64,000 bases of DNA from Mantamonas sphyraenae STR306 (Eukaryota; Protista; CRuMs): NCBI GenBank assembly GCA_026936335.1, contig JAPMXV010000004.1, forward strand, positions 310,001-374,000. Direction: 5' to 3'. The notes under the pieces are model-generated. The model saw nothing but the letters and a program-made list of their open reading frames with translations. It was not told where the DNA came from and made no database searches. The stretch's first letter is position 1; every line of letters begins with the position of its first letter. Below are positions 50,001-61,993 of the stretch, piece after piece. Both the position numbers and the translations under genes were made by a program.

Positions 50001-53000
50001 ACTGCCGTGACGCGAACCTGCATGGCATGCGCACCGACATCGACATCGGATGTCGCCACACCCACAATCTGCAACAACGTGTCTTCCGAGACTGGACTCT
50101 GTTCAGGCACGAAAACCTCGGGCGCGTCGTTCACAGGCGTCACCACAATCGTCTCCACCGCCACCGCCTGTTCACCCTGTGCGTCTTTCACACCCACGCT
50201 CACGCTCACGTTGCCGTTCTCGTCCTTCCCACTCACATACTCCACCGTCCCAAGCACGGCGTTCACGCTCGCCACACTCCCGTTCACCACAAATCCGCTA
50301 CCAACTTCAACCACAGCACTGCCACTCACAAACGCCTCCACCGGCCCATGCTTGTTCAGCTCCGTCGTCAGCTGCAGATTCGTCGCACGCGCTCCAAGTC
50401 GGTCGTCGTTCCCAAACCCAAAGTATCCTCCGTCGTCGTGTCCCCAGTCGCCCAGCCACAGATATCCGTCTGTGTCCACACGCACAAACATATCCAATCC
50501 GTGCTGGTTCGTCCCGCTCCCTCCCGCCGGGAACGAGTACACATCTCCAGCGCCCATTGGGTTCGTCAGGCTGCCGCCCCGTCGAAAGTTGAACGCACTG
50601 TCGTAGTAAAACACACGCCCGTCCACCGTCCACAGTCGGTGCCCAAACGCATCCTGCTCCGTCGATCGGTACGAGTTGGGCGGTGCAAACGCACTCGATC
50701 CCGTCGTCCGCACACTCACGTTCAGCCTCTCCCAGTCCACACTAAACACAACGTCCGTCCGCGAGTTCGATCGGAACAGAAACTCGCTCAATCCGTCGCT
50801 CACAAACACCAGCTCGTTCGAGGACGTCGTCAGGCCCAGGTCTCCCGTCAGTCCAAGCTCCCCAAACGACTTGCCATACGTCACTCCGTTGTCCGCCAGC
50901 CACGTTGCGCTGCCGGCCCCGACCACCGTCAGGTGTTGTCCCCTGCCGCTCTGGTCGTACAGCTGCGCCCCACCACACTCATCCACCTTGTAGTACGCTC
51001 GCACATCGCTCTCGCGCCCGTGTCGGCCGTAGTATCGCAGCGTCGTCGTCTCTCCAGTCGTCACGTGTCCCTCCAACACAATCACCTCGTCGTACTCGCA
51101 CGTGCTCGTCTCAGACCCCACACGCAGTGTCTGTCCACTCGCCATCGTGTATCCAGCCTGTACCGTGCCCGTGTACGCAACCGCAGAATCTACAATCACT
51201 TGCAGCTGTCCACTCTGCGATGTCCACGCAACCGCAATGTGTCGCAGCGCTCCTGCGTCCACACCCACGCCCGTGTTCACCGTCGTCCCACCAATCGTCA
51301 CCTGCACAGACGATGACCCACGGATGCGCATCACGTCTCCGCCATACCGGATGTCAATCTCCTGGCCCGAGTTCGCATTCACAATCGCTGCCACTGTCAC
51401 CACGCTGTTTGGCCACGTCGACATGCTTGCACGCGTTGCGTACGTTCCGCCTCCTCCGTTCATCCCCACTCGGCATCCATTCAGGCCAAACCGCACCAGT
51501 GCGTTCTGCGGATCCAGCCACAGTTCCTTTCCAATCGCGTTGAAGCTCACAGGACGCGCCGTCGTCGCCATACCCACCGGTGCCACTCCGGGCAACTTTC
51601 GCACCGTCGCATCTTCCGTTCCGTCTCGTCGCCACGTCCTCCACTCCACTCCGCTCGTGTAGAGCGCTTCCACTGACCCAATCTGGCCTGTGTTGTCCGT
51701 CCACAGCGTCGTCGAGTCGTGGTCGTCGATCGAGTACAGAAAGTGTTGCGATGCCACACTGCCGCTCTTCCATCCAGGCGTAGTGCCGTTGCTCGTAAAC
51801 ACAGATGCCCATCCGCCGCCGTCCATACTCATCTCACAGTACACCAGCACACTCTTCATCGGCCCCTCTCCGTCCACATCCACCACATACAGACCGCTCT
51901 CGTTCGCTCCTCGTGCACGGTACGCGTGGCAGTCTCGCGCCCACGACGCAACCACTCCGCTCTCCATCTCGCTCCCGTTCACAAGTCGCTTGTAAAACTG
52001 TCCGCCGCCTCCAGCTCCCACCAGCTGGCCTGCTTCCACGTTGGCAAACAGCCGCCCACTTCCAGTCACATTCACTGTCACTGTCAATTGAGCGCCCACG
52101 TCCACGTCGCTGACCTGAAGGCCTGGTAGAGCGACGCGCACATCCTCCGGCGTCGTGTATCCACCCGCCTGCAGCTGTGCCGTCGGTGCGTCGTTCACGC
52201 CGCTCACTGTGATCGTCACGTTGTCGTGAACCACTGCCTCGCCGTCGTTTGCAACCACGAACAGCCTGTCTTCCCCTTCAAAGTGGAGCGTACCGCGGTA
52301 CGTCAGCGTGGCCAACTGGGTGTTGATCGACGTCGTATCGCCCGTGATTTGCACCGATGTGTTGTCGGCTGGGGCTCCGTTCAACCCGAGGAGACCATGG
52401 GCACTGCTGAGCGTCACCGTGAGAGTTGTGTACACCGAGTCGATGTCGGTAACGCGGACTAAGGACGGGAAGGCTGATGTGGAGTTGTCCTCGACGTGGT
52501 GGGCAGTGCCGTTGAAGGTGATGTACGGAATGTCATTGATGCTCTGAATGATGATGGTGATGTTGAAGGTGGGTCGGTTGTCAATTCGGATGGTGACCAC
52601 CTCTTGGCCCCACCACCAGCGGCTGGAGTTGTACTGCACACTGCTCAGCAAAGCACCGATGCCATCATATGTGCCTCGCCATGTCACAGAGGTCAATGGA
52701 GTCGTGCGTGCTTCGATGAGTGTGACTTGCGAGGTGTTGTGGAAGGTGAGCATGCCCTGGCGCACCTCAAAGGTTGCGTTGACCTGCTGCACGCCAGGGT
52801 ACTCGTGTGTGTCTGCATCGGAGATCTGCATGGGCTGCATGAGTACACCGCCCCATTCCTGGATCGTGTACTGCGTGGGTCCCGAGATCACTGCAGGATC
52901 GTCCACCTCGACCACGGTGATATCGATCGTTTCGGTCTGAGTGACGGTGGCGTCGTTCAGAGTCACAATCACATAGTCGGTGCCGTGAAAGTGGGTGGGT

Positions 53001-56000
53001 GGGATGTATGTCAGGGTGTTGAGTAAGTTGTTCAGGGTCGTGAAAACGCCCGTAGCCAGGTGGGTGCGCTTCGTGGAGCCTCCCATGCGCAGCTGGCCAA
53101 GTACAGAGGTCACGTTGAGGCTGTTGCTCTCAATGTCCGCGTCGTAGGTGGAGATGCCGGACAGAACGAGTTCGGTGTCTTCCAGCGTCGCGCGGCTTTT
53201 TGGATTCACCGTCAGCACGGGCGGGTCGGGCGTGCCAGTCACCGTAACGGGCACAGTGGTCACTGCCTGTAGGTTTCCACCGGTTCCAGAGGCCCCTAGG
53301 TCGTCGACAAGCAAGTTCAGGGTGTCGGTGCCAAAAAAGTCGGCCGATGCTGTGTACTTGAGCTGGTCCAGGGCGGCGCTGACATCTGTGATCTTGCCGC
53401 GAAAGTCTGTGATGGAAACCGGTCCACCGTTGCCCTGTGTAAACTGCAGGTTTTTGGTGGTGCCGAGCAGCAGGAAGCCACTGGTGACGGTGAGGCGCAC
53501 ACGCACGTCTGCACCCGCAGCGTCAATGTCCGTGACGCCGAGGTTGTTTCCGACGGTGGACTGTGCAAACGAAGCGGTGGTGTCCTCGGCCAGGGTGAGG
53601 CCTGATGGTACGCGCACAAAACTGGGGGGTCGTTGACAGGTTCGATGACCAGGGTGGTCTGCGTCGATGCCTGCCCGTGCTGGTCGCGCACTGTGATCGT
53701 CAGTGTGGCGTTGCCATATTTGTTGGGACCGCCAGTGACATGCAATGTGTCCAAGTGGGCGTTGATCAAAGTCAGGTTCCCGACGAAAGCGGCGGAGCGA
53801 TCGTTGGGTCCGGGGAAGAGGTCGTAGTTGGACTTGGTGAGGTTGTGCGACAATGCAGCATGCACGGTGACGTCACCATGGAGAAGCAAGTCCGGGGTGT
53901 AGCGAATGTTTGTCGGGCGCGTGCCCAGGCGATCGTTGGTGCCCTGGTTGAAGTAACCGCCGTTGTCGTGTCCCCAGTCGGCGAGCCAGAGGTAGGCGGC
54001 GGTATCGACGCGTGCAAACAGGTCCAAGCCCATCGAGGAGTTGGCGATGCTGGCCGGGAAGGCAAACTTTTCACCAGCATCGCCGGCCGGTCCATTGATG
54101 TTGGTCATGGGACCGGCAAGGCGCAGGTTGAAGTCTCCTTCGTAGTACATGGCGCGACCGTTGACAGTCCATAGGTGGTGACCAAATGCATCCAGCGATG
54201 TGGTGGAGTGGTATCCACCCTCGGGCTGGAATGCGGCACTGCCGGAGGGTTGGCCAGATACAGACATGTCCTGCCAGTCGACGCTGAGCAGAGTGTCTTG
54301 CTGCACGTTGCTGCGCACGATGGCCTGGCTGACACCATCAGATACAATGGTATACTCGGTGTTGCTGTCGTTGAGGCCTGCGTTGCCGTGGAGACCGAGG
54401 TCTGCAAAGGAGACGGCCGGACTGGCCGGGGCCGGGCTGAGCCATGGAATTGAAGCTGGGCCGCCTGGCCTGCGGACAGTCATGTGCTGAGCGTTGGGCG
54501 ATTTGTCGTACAGAGTGTCGCCTGCACACTCGTCCTGGCCACGGTTGTGGTAGTATGCAAACAGGTCTGCATCCGATGTGTTTGTGATGCCGTGGCGTGC
54601 AATGTGAGCAACCTGGGTGGCGTTGGAGGAGCGTCCAAGGACGACGATGTGGTCGAAGCGGCCCTGCATGCACTGATTGTTGTCATTGACATTGTCGACG
54701 CCGTCTTGATCGCAGCCAAGTACAAATGCACCGCCAGTGACGACTCCAGTGGCGACTGAGTGTGTCATGACGAGCTGGGCGTCGACCCACAGCTTGAGGC
54801 TGTTTGGCTCCCATGTGACGGCAAAGTGCTTCCAGCCGCCGTCAAAGGCAATGGCGGGTGTCGGGGTGTACGAAGTGCCCTTGTAGAATACAACACCGCC
54901 AGCAAATACCATGAGCTCGTTGTCCATTCCAGGCACGGCATAGTTGACATGGACCTTGTTTGTGTTCTCAACCTTGGCCCAAAAGGCAAGCGTGAAGCTG
55001 CCGGTTGGCATGGTCATGGGGTTGCGGATGGCCACGTTGCTGGTGAGGCCAGCCATGTAGAAGGCACAGCCTGTCGGAGGCAGGCGTGCCTGTTCGTTTT
55101 GCCAGTCAAGCCACAAGGGCCGCGCGACACCGTTCATGACCACTGGGCGCGCGCTGTCGCCGAGGCCAAATGGCAAATTGGCTGGGAGGGTCGTGGTTGT
55201 GACTGTGTCCTGTGTGCCATCACGGCTCCAGGTACGAAACGTGGCACTGGTTGTGGTTGTGGAGTTGTCAGCCTTGAGCTGGGCGGTGTTGTCGGTCCAG
55301 AGGAGGACAGAGTCATGGTTGGTGTTGGCAAAGGCCATGACGGCCTGGGCGGCACTGGAGGCATTCCAGGCCGGCGTGTCTGGGGAGTAGAACACCGAGG
55401 CGGAGCCCTGGGAGCCCGGGCTGTGCATGTCGCAGTAGACGACGAGAGAGGGCAGCTCGGCGTCTGCGTCGGGGTCGATGACGTACAGGCCCGAGGAGCG
55501 GAAGCCATGTGCAAAGTAGTCACTGCACGAGCGAGCCCATGAAACAATGGGAGGGATGGGAGTGTTGGCGGGCAGAGTGCCGTGAAAGGAAATGTAGTCT
55601 CGGTTGAGCGGTGGTGGGTGGTGAAACCCAAGGTGTGCGTCCGTGCCGGTGAGGTTGAGGGTAACGACAGAGGAGAAGCCGTCTGCATCGATGTCCATGA
55701 CAGAGATTCCGGTGATGTTTGCGCGAACGTCCTCCTGCAGGATAATGGGCACGGGAGCGGCGATGGAGATGTAGGGCAGGTCGTCCACAGTGAGAACCTG
55801 CAAAGTGACGGTGGCAACAGATGTGTTGCGTGTGTCGTTGGCAACGATGCGCAGGGTTACGTTGCCGTGGTAGTTTGCGGGTGGCGTGTAGTGGAGGGAT
55901 GCTAGGCGGACGTTTAGGTCGGTCCAGGAAGCGTTGCTGGGAAATGCGAGCAACGTAGCCGGGCCGTGGGAGTCTGTGCGGAGGTTGCCGTGGTCTACAT

Positions 56001-58443
56001 CGAGGGAAAGGGTGATATGTTGGTCATCGTGGTCCTGGACGCGAACGAGGTGGCCCAGGTCGACGTCTGTGTCCTCGAGGAGGGTGACGATGGGGGAGGA
56101 GAGGAGAATAAGCGGGACGTCGTTGACCGAGGTCACGCTGATGACGACGATAGCTTGGGCGATTCCTGCAGGGTTGTGGTCGTCAGCAAGGAGAAAAGTG
56201 ATGTTTTGGACGCCGTGAAAGTTGGCAGGCGGGCTGTAGAGCAGACTCGGGAGGCTAGCCTGAAGGGCTGTGAGGTTTCCCGTGGCATGAATGCGAGAGA
56301 TGGATCCCGTGGTGTTCACATAGGAGACGTGGAGGCCGTTTGGGTTGAGGAGCTGAAGGGAGCCTTGGGAGAAGGTGATGTTGAGGGAAAACAAGGCGTC
56401 CGGGTGTGCGTCGACGTCGGTGAGGTTCCAGAACGTGAGGGGCAGGAGGTGGTCCTCGGGTATCTGGTAGGCGAGGGTGGTGTGCATGAGGGGCGGGTCG
56501 TTGACCGGGTCGATGGAGAGTGGGAGGTCGATATCGACATAGCGGCCAAAGGAAGGGTGCGCCTGTGGATGAGGAAGGCCCGAGTGGGCATAGTCGTAGG
56601 CGCGTATGTGAAGAGTGGCAGAGCCGTGGTCGCGGTTGGGCTCGGGCACGATGCGGAGGGACTGGAGGTCATGGGCAAAGGTTGCGGCGGACGTGTTGAG
56701 GACCAGTTGTGTGGCATTGGCCAAGATGAGCTGGAGGGGCTCCGACGAGTTGATGTGGAGGGTTGCCAGGGGATCGCCGTGGAGAGAAATGTACAAGCGG
56801 ACGGGATCGGTGGGTTGTGCGTCGGAATCGTTGAGACGAATGGACGGGTGTCGGGCAAGGAGCGGATAGGGAACGTCCTCGGTGATGATGATGGAGGCGG
56901 GCATTCCATGGATGGTGGGAGGGTTGTTGACCGGGAGACAGAGGGAAGCGTTGGCGGTGGCTGGTAGGGATGTGTTGGTACCAGCGGGACAGGGGAGACA
57001 TTGGGAGGCGGCAGAGGCCGGTGCGTAGGAGTTGAGAGGGCAGGGAGTGCAGGACTGGGCATCGCTCGTGTCTGTGTAGTATCCTGGCTGGCAGGGGGTG
57101 CAGAGGAAGCCACCGAAGCCTGCGGAGCAGGAGGGCGGGGCAGAGATGGCAAAGATGTCGAGGCCGCCGACCGTGGGAGCTCCGTAGAAATCGTTGCCCG
57201 TAGCGGCTGTCGTACCAGTGATGCGCACAAGGGAGTCTGAGCCGAGGCGCAGGGCGACGGCCATGTCTGTGCCGGCGGTGCCAAACTGGCGGGTGGAGAG
57301 AAGCTGGCCGTGGGGAGAAAAACGCATCAGAAAAGAGTCTGCGAAGCCGGCGTGTGTTTGGGAGGGAAGGGCGGCAAAAGTGGAGCCGGTGATGAGGATG
57401 TTGTGTGTTGAGGGCTCAACGACGACGTCAGTACCCTTGTCGTTCGAGGATGAGCCTGCCTGGACGCTCCAGAGCCTGGTTGCGTTGGGGGCAAAGGCCG
57501 AAAGGACGATGTCTGTGGCACCGAAGGCGGTTTGGCCATCGTAGGAGGCGGAAGCGATGTGACCGGTAAAGTAGATATGACCGGAAAACTGGTCGACGGT
57601 GACATGTGCGGCTGTGCAGGCGCCGGGGCCGCCGAGAATGCGCGTCCACATGAGGGTTCCGTTGGTGGCAAGGGCCGCGAGCCAAAGGGCTTGTGCAGGG
57701 CCTACGGATTCGCCGTTGAGGTCGGTTTGAGTTTGGCCAAAGAGGTAGAGGGTGTCGGAGGCGTTGTGGTAGGCAGTGCTGGTGAGTTGGACGGTGGAAG
57801 AGCCACCGAAGCGAAGCTGCCAAAGAAGGGCGCCTGTAGGGGAGAGTTTTTCGACGAGGACGTCCTGTGGACCGACCTTGAGAGTGCCCGGGACGTGACC
57901 TGTGACGGAGTAGGCGAGGTAGAGGTCGCCACGGGCGTCTATGGCGATGGATCCAGGCTGATCTGTGTCGTTGCTGCCTCGAGTGGCATTCCAGACGGAG
58001 TCGCCCGTCAGGGAGTCGAGCTTGAGCAGAAAGACGTTCTGAACGGGTGCTTGGAGCGGGTCAGACATGTTTCCGATGACTGAGCCGTGGACGTAGAGGG
58101 AAGAAGAGGGGCTGTGGAAGAGTAGGGAGGCGACAAAGTCGGCTCCAGGAGTTCCAAACTGGCGGCCCCACTGTAGGGTGAGGTTTGCGTCGAGGCGTGC
58201 CACGATGGCATCGTTGGAGCCGGACGAGTCGCCATAAACAGCTCCGGGTACGCTGCCTCCAAGAAAGAGGGCGTTTGTGTCGGGGTCGAGGGCAATGCCC
58301 TCGGTGCCGTCGAGGGTTGCGGAGCCCAGGCGAGTTGCCGCAGGCTGGCCTGTTGCAGAGGATGTTTGTACGGGTGTGATGCATGCTGAAAGTAAGAGCA
58401 TGCATGTGAGGAAGCCAAGCGTGGCCCATGGGGTGCGAGGCAT
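32016..58443 (-). CDS. Giant (~8,800 aa) polycystin-1/adhesion-receptor-like membrane protein; one gene split by five apparent indels
   Basis: ORFs 53317..58956 (true ATG 58443, signal peptide), 36179..53617, 35349..36215, 33509..35872, 32599..34038 and 32016..33038 join at ~53620, ~36210, ~35800, ~34098 and ~33045, mostly in homopolymers. Domain order: beta-propeller, Cys-rich, ~30 cadherin-like 'VNDxP' repeats, 4 FReD/LamG cassettes, Cys repeats, IPT, REJ, GPS 'CRYFD....WS.KGC.......CQCTHLTSF', Cys repeats, EGF, multi-TM domain, acidic tail. Confidence 0.8.
34275..34520. repeat. Poly-Gly/(Gly-Ala)n/poly-Ala coding low-complexity tract
   Basis: CCN-rich triplet arrays and (CCCGCA)n on the + strand encode AAAAA...GAGAGAG...GGGG in the giant protein. 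Confidence 0.9.
38280..38750. repeat. Six 78-bp (26-aa) Cys-rich coding repeats 'CDGxPNSG...DxCGVCGG...C'
   Basis: Seen in the translation. A second cluster of about 4 units lies at ~34715-35035. Confidence 0.85.
40129..48670. repeat. Near-identical in-frame tandem duplication, period 4,266 bp (1,422 aa)
   Basis: The sequence at 40131 recurs at 44397 and its first bases at 48663. Shadow ORFs recur at a 4,266 offset (41300/45566, 41313/45579, 42513/46779). Confidence 0.97.
50124..52333. repeat. Third near-identical copy of the ~2.2-kb FReD/LamG cassette (matches 46596..48805, offset 3,528 bp)
   Basis: Direct comparison. Shadow ORFs recur at a 3,528 offset (46779/50307, 47574/51102). Confidence 0.95.
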
Positions 58444-58644
58444 CCTTGAATGGTTGTTTTTGAAAGTTTTGATGGTGCAGGCAGGGTGGGATGTGAGGAA
58501 AGGAGGAAGGAGGGGAGAGGGAAGGTGATGGGCAGGGGTTGTTGAGGGGGGAAGGGGATTTGGAGGGAAGGGATGCAGGGGTGAGACAAAGGCGGACCGG
58601 TGCGATCGTAGACGCACCACAACACCACATTCACACAAGAGAGG

Positions 58645-61600
58645 ATGGACGTGGAAAGCAACAAGGGTAGCCAGCAGGCAGCTAGCAACACGGTGGGCAG
58701 CAGCAGCAGCAGCTCGGGTCACACGGAGGAGGAGGAGTTTGTGGACGAGTCGCTGTACTCGCGTCAGCTGTACACACTCGGTCTGGAAGCACAGCGCCGT
58801 CTGCAACGCAGCAACGTGCTGCTCGTGGGCGTACGGGGCCTGGGTATTGAAATTGGTGAGTGAGCATGTGGCGAATAGGGCGCAGAAGTCGGCCCGGCGG
58901 AAAAGACGGAATTGGAGCACAGGCGGAACCCTCTCTCGGGAGCTTTTTCGCGCCAAGGGGACACAGCGGGGACGGGGCGGACACTGACACTAGGAGAGAC
59001 GGCGCAACGTGGGTGGGCGGTGTCCGTGTGCACAGCCAAGGACATTGTGTTGGCAGGTGTGAACTCGCTGACGCTGCTGGACAACGAGGTGGTGGAAGTG
59101 AGCGATCTCGGGGCGCAGTTCTTTCTGCGAGAAGATGACGTGGGCAAGAAGCGAGCGGCGGCGACAGTGGAACGTCTGGCAGAGTTGAACAACTATGTCA
59201 AGACGCGAGTGGACGAGCGTGCGGTGAGCGAGGTTGCGGACAAGGAGTACCTGGCGCAGTTTTCGGTGGTGATCCTGACAAACAACAAGTCGCTGGAGGT
59301 GACCAAGGCGGTGGGAGACATGTGCCACGAACTGGGCGTTGCGTTCATTGTGGCAGATGCGCGCGGGCTGTTTGGGTCTGTGTTTGTGGACTGCGGCGAG
59401 GACTTTGTGTGCCAGGACACGACGGGTGAAGAGGCACAGAGCGTGATGGTGTCTGGGATCAGCCAGGAGGAAAACGCGCTGGTGACGTGTGTGGAGGACC
59501 ACCGACACGGGTTCGAGGTGGGAGACATGGTGAGCATCAGCGAGGTGAAGGGAATGGTGGAGCTGAACGACGTCGAGTCGTGCAAGGTGACCAAGGTGGA
59601 CGACCCGTTCAACTTTAGCATCGATGTGGACACGCGCACCTTTGGGGCGTACACGACGGGCGGCTGGGCAACAGAGGTGAAGCAACCGACCACAATCCAC
59701 TTCAAGGCATTCAGTGAGGCGTGGCAAGAGCCGGCGATGGTGTACAGCGACTTTGGCAAGATGGAGCGAGCGACGACGCTTCACTTTGGGTCGCTGGCAC
59801 TGCTGCAGTATGCAGACGAGAACGACGGCCAACTGCCAGGACCAAACGACGCCGAGGCGGCAGCCAAGGTGAGCAAGCTGTGCGCCGAGCTTGCGGGCGA
59901 GGCGGTGGACGTGAGCAGCGAGGAAAACGCCAAGGTGCTGGCGACGCTGAGCGGGCACGCAGGGGCGGAGATTGCAGCAATGGCAGCTGTGATTGGCGGA
60001 ATGGTGGCACAGGAGGCGCTGAAGGCGGTGTCGGCCAAGTACAATCCGATCCAGCAGTGGCTGTACTTTGACTCGCTGGAGTCGCTGTCCAGCGTGCCGC
60101 TGGACGCAAAGGAGACTGCGCCGGAAGGGTCGCGGTACGACAGCTACTACGCGGTGTTTGGACGCACGTTCCAGCAACGTGTGCAGAACCTGAACTACTT
60201 CCTGGTGGGCTCGGGGGCGATCGGATGCGAGGTGCTGAAGAACTGGGCGCTGATGGGCTTGGGAACGGGAGCCAACGGAGGGATCACGGTGACGGACATG
60301 GACACGATTGAGCGATCGAACCTGAACCGGCAGTTTCTTTTCCGTTCGCAGCACGTGCAGCAGCTGAAGAGCGAAACGGCAGCAGCGAGCGTGAGGGAGA
60401 TGAACGGGGAGCTGAAGATCAAGGCAATGTCGGACCCTGTGGGCGGCAACACGGAAGAGATTTTCAACGACATGTTTATGGATGCGCTGGACGGCGTGTG
60501 CAACGCGCTGGACAACGTGGAGGCGCGCATGTACATGGATGCGCGGTGCATCTACTACCGCAAACCGCTGCTGGACGCCGGGACGCTGGGCACCAAGGGC
60601 AACACGCAGGTGGTGGTGCCCTTCCTCACCGAGTCGTACGCGTCGTCGCGAGACCCGCCTGAAGAGCACGCCGTCGTGCACCATCAAAAACTTTCCGAAC
60701 CAGATCACGCACACGCTGCAGTGGGCGCGAGACCGGTTCGAGGCGTACTTTGCGGCATCGGCACGGAATGCCAACGGATTTGTGGACGAGGGGCGTGCGT
60801 TTGCAGAGGCAGAAAAGAACGTGACGGGACGCAAGAACCTGCTGCAAGACATCGAGCGGAACCTTGTGACGGAAGTGCCCAAGACGTTTGAGGACTGCGT
60901 AGCGTGGGCACGCCGGCTGTTTGAGGTGGAGTTTTCAAACCAGATCAAGCAGCTGCTGTTTGCGTTCCCGCCGGACCAGGTGCAGTCGAACGGAGCGCTG
61001 TTCTGGAGCACGCCGAAGCGATGCCCGCACGCGCTGGAGTTTGACCCAAAGGACCCGCTGCATATGGAGTTTGTGGTGAGTGCGGCAAACCTGCGCGCGT
61101 TCAACTATGGCTTGGAGGGCAACCGAGACGCCGAGTCTGTGGCAGCGCTCGCGGCCAAGGTGAACGTCCCCGAGTTTACGCCGAGCAGCAAGGTGAAGAT
61201 CAACGCGGACGAAAAGTCGGAGGAAGGCAACGAAGAGGTTGCGGGTGATGAGGACGAGACGGAGGTGGAGCGCATCCTGGAGGTTCTGTCCAAGGTGAGC
61301 GCGCCGAAGAAGCTTGTGGAGGCCAAGTTTGAGAAGGACGATGACAGCAACTTCCACATGGACTTTATCACTGCGGCGTCGAACTTGCGTGCGACCAACT
61401 ACGAGATTGCCACGGAGGACAAGCACACGAGCAAGAAGATTGCGGGCAAGATCATTCCTGCGATTGCAACGACGACGGCGGTGGTGGCGGGTCTGATGAA
61501 CCTGGAGTTGTACAAGCTGTTTTCGCCCGAAGCCAAGGGCCTGGACGACTACAAGAACGGGTTTGTGAACCTTGCACTGCCGTTCATGGCGTTCAGCACG

Positions 61601-61984
61601 CCGATTGAGCCGCCTGCGATTGGACAGTTCCCGGGCATGGCGAGCAGCAGCGGAGAAGAGAAGAGCGAGTACACGATCTGGGATCGTTTCGACGAGGATG
61701 GGTCGGAGGGCGAGACGCTGGAGCAGTTCATCGAGCGATTTGAGAAGGAACGCGGGCTGGAGATCCAGATGATCAGCGCGGGCCAATCGATGCTGTATGC
61801 GGACTTTTGGAACCCGAAGAAGGTGAACGAGCGCAAACAGCTGACGGTGAAGGACCTGTTTGAGACGGTGACCAAGGCGGCGCTGCCCGAACACCAGAAG
61901 TACCTCGTGCTTGAGTGCGCGGTTGTGGACGTCAAGACGGACCTGGACAAGGACATCCCGTTTGTGCGCTACCGCATTCGCTGA
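58645..61984 (+). CDS. UBA1: Ubiquitin-activating enzyme E1, with one apparent frameshift at ~60662
   Basis: Exon 58645..58855, intron 58856..59035, then exon 2. Motifs '[13 protein letters not shown]', '[15 protein letters not shown]', '[17 protein letters not shown]', 'ALDNVEAR', catalytic '[10 protein letters not shown]', '[14 protein letters not shown]' and '[12 protein letters not shown]'. Confidence 0.96.
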
Positions 61985-61993
61985 GCCGGTGAA

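Noticed and set aside
40129-52333. Large repeats as a transposon or LTR element
   Set aside because: They are in-frame coding duplications, with no transposase/RT, terminal inverted repeats or target-site duplications seen.
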